In this document: positions 28,481 through 36,718 of the stretch, piece after piece
Layout: each line of letters opens with the position of its first letter
Numbering within the stretch: the stretch's first letter is position 1
NCBI GenBank assembly: GCA_964440305.1
Contig: CAYTRS010000002.1
Span: 4,048-68,047 of the forward strand
DNA length: 64,000 nt
Direction: 5' to 3'
Source of the DNA: an uncultured Bdellovibrionales bacterium
GTDB lineage: Bacteria; Patescibacteriota; Minisyncoccia; Moranbacterales; JAKLHP01
Made by a program: the position numbers and the translations under genes
Notes under the pieces: generated by a model
Database searches by the model: none
What the model was told of the DNA's origin: nothing
What the model saw: only the letters and a program-made list of their open reading frames with translations

Positions 28481-30214
28481 TTACTTGCCTTTTTTAACAG
28501 CTTGTTCATTTAGTCTTTCAATGTATTTGATAACATTTTTTATTTTATCCCATCGCAAAACCTCATCAGTTATTTCGTTTGTATGCATTACCGGATTTCT
28601 TACCGGATTTATTTCTTTAGCATCATTATTCAAGCCTTTTTGATTTTTTTTCTTTTTATTCTGAACTTTATGTATTTTCATGTCTATGATCCCGGCTAAG
28701 CCACAAAGATCTAAATAATTCAAATAACTTTCATTCTTAATGATTTTTCCTTTCAGGGCGTGCCTCTCTTCGTCTTCTTCTCTGAATTTCTTTATCATAT
28801 TAAGACTATCCAAAACATCTTTTTCCTCTTCCACTGACACATCTAAATCGCCTTCCTCAATACCTTTTATTTTTATGTATTCTCTAAAAATATTTTCAAG
28901 GATGAAAAGATCCTGATAAACAAGGGTGTTTTTGTAAGAGAGCAACTTGAGTCTATTTTTTAATTTCTTCTTTGCGTCACTGTCACTAATGGTTGCATTC
29001 AACTTATCTTGAAAATCTTTCTCGCGTCGATTTCGACTCTCTTCCATCCTCACCTCGTACCCAGGTCTGGAATCTTGGTCTATATCAACATCTTGTCGTA
29101 ACTCGCGCCTCCACGGAGTCCAATCTTGTACTATCGTGAATAAGATCTTATTTAGTTCTTTCAAAAATTCTTGATACAAAGGATCACTTTTGATAATCCC
29201 TTCGCGAGAACTTGTAAATCTATCAATTTTCTCATCCTCAAATCCATCGACGTGAATTTCTCCATATAAATATTCTTCGGTAACCGTTTGTCTCGTCACC
29301 TCTTCAAAAATATCTTCCTGCCTCAAGCGACCATTAGTAAACAAGTTAACACTTGCCTTAAAATCGCCCTTGGAACCCCTGAGGAGTATTTGCTTAGCGT
29401 GTTCAACAGAAGCAACAAATCCTTTTATTTGAATCTCTTTTCCATCAAATTTAAAAGAAGTATCTTTGATAGTTTTCTCTCTTTTTAAATTTTTATACCT
29501 GTCTGCAAATCGTTTGTCTTTTGTCCCAATATACCAAATAAACTGAGTATTGGTGTTTAGCTCCTCCAGATCCTTTAGTGTTACTGGTTTATCATTTACC
29601 TTTATAACAAATGAGTCGCCTTTTTTTAGGCTAAAAATAAAATTAAATTGAGTGGCGAGATATTTTCTTATTACATCCTCACTATTGAGTCTTATGTTAA
29701 TCGTGTTGAAAATGATTTTCGTTCCACTCTTTTTGTTTGAAGGAAATAATTTATTTTTCTGATGGTCAGTCAAATTCTCAAGTAAATAGTTACCGCGTTT
29801 TTTAATTTCATCATCAAGTTCAGTGTTGTTTATAATCCCCCCCGTGGTTTCTAATCCACTCTTTTTCGATACTATCGTTACCTTATCGGAAATGGACAAC
29901 ATGGCTAATTTACCTATACCTTTTCTGCCAATTACTTTGCGTTTTGATTTATTGTCTTTGTCATCCCGTCTTGAATATCCAACATTTAAAAACTTGCCCT
30001 GAAAGTCATGGGAATCCATTCCCTTGCCATTGTCTTCAACCACGAGTTGATTTTTACTGATTGTTACTTCGACAACCTTTGCTTCCGCATCCCAGGCGTT
30101 CGAAATAGCCTCTGCGATAACGGTTGCGAAACTCCTATAGAGACCTCTTCCCAAATGGTTTAGAACCTCAAGAGAGAACTCGAACTTAAAAGATTCATCT
30201 TGTACTTCTTTCAT
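28481..30214 (-). CDS. GHKL (HATPase_c_3/MORC-like) ATPase with C-terminal HEPN-like RNxxxH motif; putative effector partner of the adjacent m5C methyltransferase
   Basis: Bergerat-fold motifs: N-box EAISNAWDA, G1 VEDNGKGM, G2 GRKGIGKLA. C-terminal …NPVRNPVMHTNEITDEVLRWDKIKNVIKYIERL contains R-N-x3-H within 30 aa of the end (HEPN-like). Overlaps the Dcm gene by 20 nt. Confidence 0.6.
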   Translation of the reverse strand: MKEVQDESFKFEFSLEVLNHLGRGLYRSFATVIAEAISNAWDAEAKVVEVTISKNQLVVEDNGKGMDSHDFQGKFLNVGYSRRDDKDNKSKRKVIGRKGIGKLAMLSISDKVTIVSKKSGLETTGGIINNTELDDEIKKRGNYLLENLTDHQKNKLFPSNKKSGTKIIFNTINIRLNSEDVIRKYLATQFNFIFSLKKGDSFVIKVNDKPVTLKDLEELNTNTQFIWYIGTKDKRFADRYKNLKREKTIKDTSFKFDGKEIQIKGFVASVEHAKQILLRGSKGDFKASVNLFTNGRLRQEDIFEEVTRQTVTEEYLYGEIHVDGFEDEKIDRFTSSREGIIKSDPLYQEFLKELNKILFTIVQDWTPWRRELRQDVDIDQDSRPGYEVRMEESRNRREKDFQDKLNATISDSDAKKKLKNRLKLLSYKNTLVYQDLFILENIFREYIKIKGIEEGDLDVSVEEEKDVLDSLNMIKKFREEDEERHALKGKIIKNESYLNYLDLCGLAGIIDMKIHKVQNKKKKNQKGLNNDAKEINPVRNPVMHTNEITDEVLRWDKIKNVIKYIERLNEQAVKKGK

Positions 30215-31247
30215 ATTCTTTTATATGCTCTTTAATCGCCTTACCTATTATGACCCCCAGTTGTGGAGGCACTGCATTTCCTATGTGACGACACAGCTGA
30301 GTCATCGGTAAATTCCCGAAATCATACGAAACGGGAAATGTTTGCAACATTGCTCCTTCCCTCAAAGAAATCGCCCTATCCTGCTCCGGATGTCCGAAGC
30401 GACCCGATCCGTAACTGGCAAATTGCGTCGTGATTGTGGGAGAGACTTCATTCCATCGCATGCGACCGTAGACCGATGTATATGTTTGACCGCTGTCTTT
30501 CTTGTAACATTCAGGTAACAATTTTTTATCCCAATCCTTCCAAGAGCCGCCCGGCTTGGATTGGTTGATTCTCTTCATATTAGTTTCGGAAAGACTTTTG
30601 GCTTGATGCATCGGATCTTTTTTGTCCTTTTGCCCGGCTTTCAGTTTCGGTAATTTTTTTATTATATCACCCACCGTAACATAATTTTCTTTCGAATGTG
30701 TTTCTTTGGGGACTTTGATTTCCCCAAGCCGCGAGGCAAGCAATATGAGACGGCTTCTGTTTTGCGGCACTCCGTAATCAGGTGCATACACAACCTTGTA
30801 ATCAACCTTATATCGCATTTCTTCTAATCTCTTCACGAAATTTTCAAAGACATCCTCTTTTGTCACGCCGCGCACATTTTCCATCGATACCAAATCCGGC
30901 TTTACGACTTCAATCGCTCGCACGAAGTGATCCAACATATTCCACCTTTCATCCTTACCTTTCTTTCGCTGCTTGAATGCATGCGATGAAAACGGCTGAC
31001 ATGGCGCGCATCCTACCAAAACTTTGTAACTGTCCTTGGAAAACATTTTTTTCAACTCCTTGAAATCGTACTTTGAAACATCGGCTAATATGAATTCCGC
31101 TTTGTTGTTTTTTTTATAGGCGACGGCACAAGACTCGTCATTGTCAAGACCGGCCAAAACATCAATTCCCGCCTTTTTCAGACCATAGGTAAGTCCGCCT
31201 ATGCCGCTGAACAAATCTATTGCTTCTATTTTTGTTTTATTTCTCAT
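30195..31247 (-). CDS. DNA (cytosine-5)-methyltransferase
   Basis: Motif I DLFSGIGG, motif IV GCAPCQPFS, motif VI ENV, C-terminal GNAVPPQL (motif X). Confidence 0.85.
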   Translation of the reverse strand: MRNKTKIEAIDLFSGIGGLTYGLKKAGIDVLAGLDNDESCAVAYKKNNKAEFILADVSKYDFKELKKMFSKDSYKVLVGCAPCQPFSSHAFKQRKKGKDERWNMLDHFVRAIEVVKPDLVSMENVRGVTKEDVFENFVKRLEEMRYKVDYKVVYAPDYGVPQNRSRLILLASRLGEIKVPKETHSKENYVTVGDIIKKLPKLKAGQKDKKDPMHQAKSLSETNMKRINQSKPGGSWKDWDKKLLPECYKKDSGQTYTSVYGRMRWNEVSPTITTQFASYGSGRFGHPEQDRAISLREGAMLQTFPVSYDFGNLPMTQLCRHIGNAVPPQLGVIIGKAIKEHIKEYERSTR

Positions 31248-31330
31248 TGATGATTGTTTTTAATTTTGTGACTACTTGCCATTTTAGGTTCAAACTCTTA
31301 CCTTCTTTAATTTTACTCTTAATCGGTCGC

Positions 31331-31456
31331 AGAGTAAAGAAAAACGGCCCGTATTTCGTCAAATTTCGCCCACAGGGGCGACTTTCGCGTCGAAAGGGTA
31401 TGGAAGTGCCAATATGCCAGAAACCGGAGTAAACCACTCCGGTTTGGCTGATTTCA
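31331..31456 (-). repeat. Conserved intergenic element copy 1 (upstream of the Dcm/GHKL operon), with extra hairpin ccggagtaaaccactccgg
   Basis: agtaaagaaaaacggcccgtatttcgtcaaatttcgcccacaggggcgactttcgcgtcgaaagggt is homologous to sequences at 35876-35935 and 42625-42700; internal hairpin cgccc-acag-gggcg. Confidence 0.55.
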
Positions 31457-31558
31457 TATAAGCGTCGCGAATCTGTCCCAACATTCGCATTTATTAACCG
31501 TCATGCGCTCATTGCGCTCACTTGCAATAAGCATAATCTTTGTTATGCCTACACAAAG

Positions 31559-32671
31559 TCATGCCTTTTTTATGGCAGACTCAATTAAATCATCGAAAGA
31601 TAGTTCGCCTTTTTTATAGGCGTCAAATGCAGCATCAAGTTCTTTATTTGTAAGAAATCCGTCATATCTAAGTTTTGGAACTGAATCAAAATTATTCTTC
31701 TTGGCTACAACTTTCATAACTTGTCTATTAAATTCATGAATCAAATATGATCTCATTGTATTTAAAAACTTTTTGTATCTCATGACTCTATATACATCAT
31801 AATATTGAGTCATTTTTAAATTATTTCCTTCTGTAAGGTAATGGAAGATAGTTCTTATCTTACTTTTTGCAAGATCATATTTTCTATTTTCGTCTGCATA
31901 GGCTACATATCTTGTTTTTTCAACAGAAAGCGCATGATCATCAGGATCCGCTCCGCTTTTAGCCTTATCCAAACCGAAATCCCAGAATTTTTTTATTTGC
32001 TTTAAATATTTCAAACTCGCTTTTGCTGGAGAATCGCTTGAAATAGGATATTTGCAATAAAAAACTTCTTCTGGCAAAAAGCTAACTTTTCTTGGGATTT
32101 CCTTGTCGCCGTATCCTTTAAAGTAATTCTTATTGGTAAAATAATAAGTTATAATACTATACTTCTGTAAATATTCAGCAATATGTCCATTTCTTTTTTT
32201 GATTTTCATTGTAGAATCACGCAAATAATCAAAATCTACTGGAAGGACATACTTATTGCTCTTAACATCAATCTCATCCCAGCATGTTCTATAAAAAGAA
32301 ATACCAGTGACCATGAGTTGATAAGCAATCATATTTAAAAACCCTCCAAGATCATCACCATTCCCATATAAATTGTCTCGGTATCGGGAATATTTATCAG
32401 TAAAATATTTTTCTAAATCTTCTTTTATTGTTAGGTTGTCACATTCAAATGAAAAATAATCTCTTTCATGCGTTATATATCCTGGTCTATCTGAAACTGG
32501 CACATCGCGAAGTGGAAATAATGAATTTCTTATAAACATTGTTTCGTTAAATAAGCCCATGGAATCACGAGAAGCAGCTTCTAGCCTAGAGTAGCCCTTG
32601 ATATAGCTCAAGAATGGATCGTCGATTGAGCTTCCATCTTTATCAAATATAGTTTTATTTCTTCGTTTCAT
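31559..32671 (-). CDS. Hypothetical protein (370 aa), third gene of an uncharacterized three-gene operon
   Basis: ORF track; 17-nt overlap with the upstream gene; no recognisable motif. Confidence 0.5.
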   Translation of the reverse strand: MKRRNKTIFDKDGSSIDDPFLSYIKGYSRLEAASRDSMGLFNETMFIRNSLFPLRDVPVSDRPGYITHERDYFSFECDNLTIKEDLEKYFTDKYSRYRDNLYGNGDDLGGFLNMIAYQLMVTGISFYRTCWDEIDVKSNKYVLPVDFDYLRDSTMKIKKRNGHIAEYLQKYSIITYYFTNKNYFKGYGDKEIPRKVSFLPEEVFYCKYPISSDSPAKASLKYLKQIKKFWDFGLDKAKSGADPDDHALSVEKTRYVAYADENRKYDLAKSKIRTIFHYLTEGNNLKMTQYYDVYRVMRYKKFLNTMRSYLIHEFNRQVMKVVAKKNNFDSVPKLRYDGFLTNKELDAAFDAYKKGELSFDDLIESAIKKA

Positions 32672-35126
32672 TGATTTTTGATAATACGGTTACAAAGCTT
32701 AAAACCTCCTCTCTTCTTTTTATAAATTCTACAAATTTTTCAACGCTATCATCTTCAATATTTCCAAGTCCATAACTAACTTCTCTGATAAATTTACTAG
32801 GATGATTGGCTACTTCCTGCATTCCAGAATAAAACCTAACATGGTCATATGTTTTTGGCATCTCAAGTATTTTATGATGAATCTGCGTATACCAATTGTG
32901 ATATTTCGTGGTTTCCCACTGGATAAGCTTAGTGGTTAAGTCAATGCCTCCAATGTTTCTTGCGTCTCCAAGGATTTCTATGGATTTTATGAAATAGCCT
33001 GGTCTGTAAGATTTTTCAAAAATTTTCACATACTCAATGAGCATTTTTTTATTTTGCTCCAATTCTGAGTGCAGAAACAAAAATCCTCCCAAGATAACTA
33101 CTAATCGATTTCTTAATATAAACATATCCGTGTTTGTTTCATTCACATTAAGCACGGATATTATTAGCGATAATATCTTGGATAGCTCTACAAATAATGC
33201 CTTTCTTTTTTTAAGAATAGATTGAAAAATAATCTTTTCTATTTCTTCAAGCAACTCGAGTTTAATGAGTATTTCTTTTGGGATGGTAAGTATGTAGGCA
33301 GCACACTTCGAAATGTCCTGAGAAAATTCATTTGCAAGAGTGAATTTATTTAGGTAAAACATTCTACTAATCCACTCGAATCTGATCTTTATAAAATGCG
33401 CACAATTTTCGTAATCTTTCTTCTTGATTAAATCAATTATGACATCTTCTTGATGATGAAGCATTTCACTAAAAAACTTCTTAAAAAGTTCTTTTTCTCT
33501 GCTTTTGACGCTACCCAACATTTCTTCCTCAAGATTTTTTACAGGAGTCATGATTTTGCCTTCGCACCCTTGTTCCAATTCCAAACGTTTCCAATAATCT
33601 ATAAATTGTTCATAGAAAATTGATGGCAGATCAATATTTTCTACAAAACCCTGACCATTTGAAAGCTTTCCATCATTACCAACTAAGGATCTGATGATCT
33701 CCTTGTATTTCTTGTATTTGAACCCGTCTATCAATACCAGTCCTGTTGTAAAATATGCATTCAAATAATCGTTTAGGTCTTCTTGCTTGGTTATATTTTT
33801 ATACAAATCCAAAAATGATCTAAAGAATTTATCATAAGTTTCAATTTCTTGATTTTCATAGATTCCATAAATCTTTTTCTGTCCACTATTAGTTTTTGAA
33901 TAATCACCACTTAATATGGTTTGATAAGATTTGATAACATGACTTAACAAATCTGGATTACTATTTATTGCATGGGATTGAATCTTTTGAAAAAGGGTAA
34001 AAGCATTATCTTCAAACCATGATAAATCTGGTTTTGGTAAAAATAACGGTCCAGTTCCTTGTAGCTCATAGTTGAGTTTTATAATGCTTTCAGATGAGCT
34101 ACCAGATTTTGCCAAATCGTGCTTTTGGTAAAACCACCATCCATTCTCCCTATCTATATACTTTTTATTTCCCGCGTACTCCGTAATGACAAAAGCAAGC
34201 ACAGTTGGAGCATAGATCGCATCACTATTGTTTTTAATTTTCAACAAATCATCAAATAAATTTTCGAGTAATCGCAACAATTTTCTAGTATTATTTCGAG
34301 CGTGCTGTACAAGGCTCCAACTTTTATACTTATAGGAAGATTTATCAGAAGCCGTTTTTATATTATCTCGAATATCACTCCAAAGTCTTTCAAATAGATG
34401 CTTGGGCTTAATTGTAACTATATAATGACTTTTGAAAATTATAATTCCCAATAAAGAAATAACGACCATCAAGCAAGCTATGGCAAAGCTAAATATTGGT
34501 TCAGGATAATCAAAAAATTCTGTTCGCAATAAAACAGAGATAGCCAGTAAATCAGTGAACACTAAAAGTTTAAAATAAAAGCTACCGACAGTTTCCTCAT
34601 TAACATAATCAGATACTTCCGATGAATATTTATCTGTACTTAATTGGAAGCCAACGGCGTATAAGGCAAATAATAAACCGAGAACCGCCGATATTGCACC
34701 AATAGATATCTCCAAAAACAACTCGATAAAATCTCGCCCAGGCACTCTGATGAAAGACAGGCTATTTGAAAATCCTTGTAATTGATCAAGTCCGATTAGC
34801 CATGCGGATGTTTTTGAAATAAGCAAGTCAATCGCAAATGAAACAACTATAAAAATAATAATCAGTGATATGATTTCACCCGACAACCTCACTATTTCAT
34901 TAACAATTTTATACTCCTTAATGCGCAATTGAAGTTTGAAGCTACTGACCCTAAAGCCCTCCTTCCTTTTTTGAAATTGATAATAAATAAATCCAAACAA
35001 TCTTGAAAAAAATTGATAAAATATATTACCATTTTCATCGCCAGGGTATGAATACTTTTTCTTTCTCTTTATCAGTCTGCTGATAAAGAGGAGCAAGAGG
35101 TATTTTATTGTTTTTAGATATCGCAT
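32655..35126 (-). CDS. Hypothetical 823-aa protein: N-terminal about 4 TM helices plus large helical cytoplasmic domain
   Basis: Hydrophobic segments about aa 75-230 (IISLIIIFIVVSFAIDLL, IGAISAVLGLLFALYAV, LLAISVLL, IACLMVVISLLGIIIF); rest K/E/L/I/F-rich helical; no NTPase or nuclease motif seen. Confidence 0.5.
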   Translation of the reverse strand: MRYLKTIKYLLLLFISRLIKRKKKYSYPGDENGNIFYQFFSRLFGFIYYQFQKRKEGFRVSSFKLQLRIKEYKIVNEIVRLSGEIISLIIIFIVVSFAIDLLISKTSAWLIGLDQLQGFSNSLSFIRVPGRDFIELFLEISIGAISAVLGLLFALYAVGFQLSTDKYSSEVSDYVNEETVGSFYFKLLVFTDLLAISVLLRTEFFDYPEPIFSFAIACLMVVISLLGIIIFKSHYIVTIKPKHLFERLWSDIRDNIKTASDKSSYKYKSWSLVQHARNNTRKLLRLLENLFDDLLKIKNNSDAIYAPTVLAFVITEYAGNKKYIDRENGWWFYQKHDLAKSGSSSESIIKLNYELQGTGPLFLPKPDLSWFEDNAFTLFQKIQSHAINSNPDLLSHVIKSYQTILSGDYSKTNSGQKKIYGIYENQEIETYDKFFRSFLDLYKNITKQEDLNDYLNAYFTTGLVLIDGFKYKKYKEIIRSLVGNDGKLSNGQGFVENIDLPSIFYEQFIDYWKRLELEQGCEGKIMTPVKNLEEEMLGSVKSREKELFKKFFSEMLHHQEDVIIDLIKKKDYENCAHFIKIRFEWISRMFYLNKFTLANEFSQDISKCAAYILTIPKEILIKLELLEEIEKIIFQSILKKRKALFVELSKILSLIISVLNVNETNTDMFILRNRLVVILGGFLFLHSELEQNKKMLIEYVKIFEKSYRPGYFIKSIEILGDARNIGGIDLTTKLIQWETTKYHNWYTQIHHKILEMPKTYDHVRFYSGMQEVANHPSKFIREVSYGLGNIEDDSVEKFVEFIKRREEVLSFVTVLSKINETKK

Positions 35127-35130
35127 GACC

Positions 35131-35838
35131 TTATTTCAATCTAGCATATTCTTCTTTTAATCTGATTAACATCTCCGGATAATACCGAAAAAAGCTTTGT
35201 ATCTTTTTGATATCGCCGTTGGAAATTTTCCCTTTTTTCATACTGTCAAACTCCAATGTATTTATATCGAACCGCGCATCAATATTTCTTTGCTTTGAAA
35301 TTACATGGAAATGTGCAGGCGGGTGGTCTTTCGGATGCAACTCCATTCTTAAATCACCGGCAGCAGCTATAAATCTTTTTATTTTATAGACCGTGCCATC
35401 CGGCAACACCTGCGTCGAATCAAGGTGTACTTCCAATAAGTCCGCGACACTCCTCTTTAATCTTGGCGCGATTAACTCATCCCTCGTGTTATCCTTGGTA
35501 TTGGTTTTGTCGTCGAGAGTGAGAGCTAGCTCTTTCGGATCAAGATATTTCTTGCAATCTGACCATATAGTGTTTTTATTTCCCTTTTTAAAATTTTCAA
35601 ATTCGGATTCGACTTCAAATAATCCCACAACGACACCAAGCGCGTATTCACCGTCTTTTAATCGAAATACTTCTCCGTAAAAAACAGTGCCGACATGTTT
35701 GTCCCAATCATGCTCTATGAGATAAGGAATATATTTGCTATTGATCTGGTCGGCCATACCCTCAAGCGCATTTTTGGACATACGTTCTCCATGCCTGTCC
35801 ACATGGGTAGTGCTCATTATTCCAGTAATAATCCTCAT
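35131..35838 (-). CDS. Fusion protein: unknown N-terminal domain (~150 aa) plus C-terminal DUF4160 (HxPxHFH) domain
   Basis: C-terminal LRMELHPKDHPPAHFHVISKQRNIDARFDINTLEFDSMKKGKISNGDIKKIQSFFRYYPEMLIRLKEEY matches the DUF4160 pattern (…RDHNPPHFHA…G…I…L…W). 5-nt gap to the next gene. Confidence 0.5.
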   Translation of the reverse strand: MRIITGIMSTTHVDRHGERMSKNALEGMADQINSKYIPYLIEHDWDKHVGTVFYGEVFRLKDGEYALGVVVGLFEVESEFENFKKGNKNTIWSDCKKYLDPKELALTLDDKTNTKDNTRDELIAPRLKRSVADLLEVHLDSTQVLPDGTVYKIKRFIAAAGDLRMELHPKDHPPAHFHVISKQRNIDARFDINTLEFDSMKKGKISNGDIKKIQSFFRYYPEMLIRLKEEYARLK

Positions 35839-35875
35839 TTTTTATAAATGTCAAATCAATTAACCTTAGCTAGGC

Positions 35876-35935
35876 TCTATTTCGCCAAATTTCGCCCACA
35901 GGGGCGATTACCACCCGAAAGCGTCCGAACATGCT
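35876..35935 (-). repeat. Conserved intergenic element copy 2 (upstream of the three-gene operon)
   Basis: ctatttcgccaaatttcgcccacaggggcgattaccacccgaaagcg: 33/34-nt identity with copy 1 core. Confidence 0.55.
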
Positions 35936-35977
35936 TATTTACTGGAAATCGGTCCAAACTCGCTCAAAGCCAAAAAG

Positions 35978-36715
35978 CTATCTTATCGAATTCCAATTAT
36001 CCAAAAAGTAGTCCATCTCATGATCCATATTCCCGAGGTATACGTGATTGTCTCTGAATTTTATATTCACGCGATAGCGTTTGCCTTGTCCCACTTCCAA
36101 TATTGCTTTTTCATGTACCTTCTTTTCTATCTCAAGAAAAGGCAAGATTAAAAAATGATTCTGTTTTTCTCCATGTAAAACAAAAATGTAAAATACACTG
36201 CCACTATTGTGACGTTCGAATGATACTTTTCTGATATCGAAAACATAGGCATCAAAACGGTTTAGGTTGGAGGTTTTCACTTGTATTCCAAAAAGTTGAG
36301 TTCCTTTTACTGCCACGATATCCATTCCGACATCTACGCTCATAATACTGGCGTTGAAACCGCGAAAAAGCAGTTCGCTGCAAACCAAGTGCTCGCCGCC
36401 TTTCCCTGTGAATCCACTTTCTACAACCAGTCTCTCTTCCGCCTCTTTTTCGGCTTCTATAATTTTCGGCGTTTGCTTTACCTCTTTTTTATCATGATTA
36501 AGCGTAAAAGTTCCGGGTGCGGTTTTCATGAAATCCGAGCCCTTGCCCTTGTTTTTAATATCTACCGTAATTTGGGCGTTCATTGAAGCTTCAGGCGTTG
36601 CTCCTTCGGTCTCTAAAATTCCCGATTCCAAAGCCAACCGCGTGATTTCGGTGTAATGCAAAGACTTTCCTGCTTTTTTCAGCACTTTGATTGCTGATTG
36701 TTTGAATGTGTTCAT
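35978..36715 (-). CDS. Mrr_N/HARE-type winged-helix plus Hjc-like PD-(D/E)xK nuclease fusion (putative restriction-type endonuclease), last gene of the Type I R-M operon
   Basis: N-terminal SAIKVLKKAGKSLHYTEITRLALESGILETEGATPEASMNAQI (Mrr N-terminal-like wHTH). C-terminal GEHLVCSELLFRGFNASIMSVDVGMDIVAVKGTQLFGIQVKTSN resembles archaeal Hjc (…ER.L…L…GF.A.R…PDI.A.K……IE.K.S) with E…D…(I/V)QVK. 3-nt gap to hsdR. Confidence 0.5.
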   Translation of the reverse strand: MNTFKQSAIKVLKKAGKSLHYTEITRLALESGILETEGATPEASMNAQITVDIKNKGKGSDFMKTAPGTFTLNHDKKEVKQTPKIIEAEKEAEERLVVESGFTGKGGEHLVCSELLFRGFNASIMSVDVGMDIVAVKGTQLFGIQVKTSNLNRFDAYVFDIRKVSFERHNSGSVFYIFVLHGEKQNHFLILPFLEIEKKVHEKAILEVGQGKRYRVNIKFRDNHVYLGNMDHEMDYFLDNWNSIR

Positions 36716-36718
36716 ATT

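Noticed and set aside
31220-31437. Small ORFs 31220-31432 (+) and 31237-31437 (-)
   Set aside because: They sit inside the conserved intergenic repeat and hairpins. Their sequence is conserved at nucleotide level across the three copies, not at protein level.
35131-35600. Resemblance of the gene-1 N-terminal domain (…IPYLIEHDWDKHVGTV…DGEYALGVVVG…) to the caudoviral prohead protease (S78) His region
   Set aside because: The similarity is too short and pattern-level to assert without a profile search. I mention it only as a hypothesis to test, not as an annotation.
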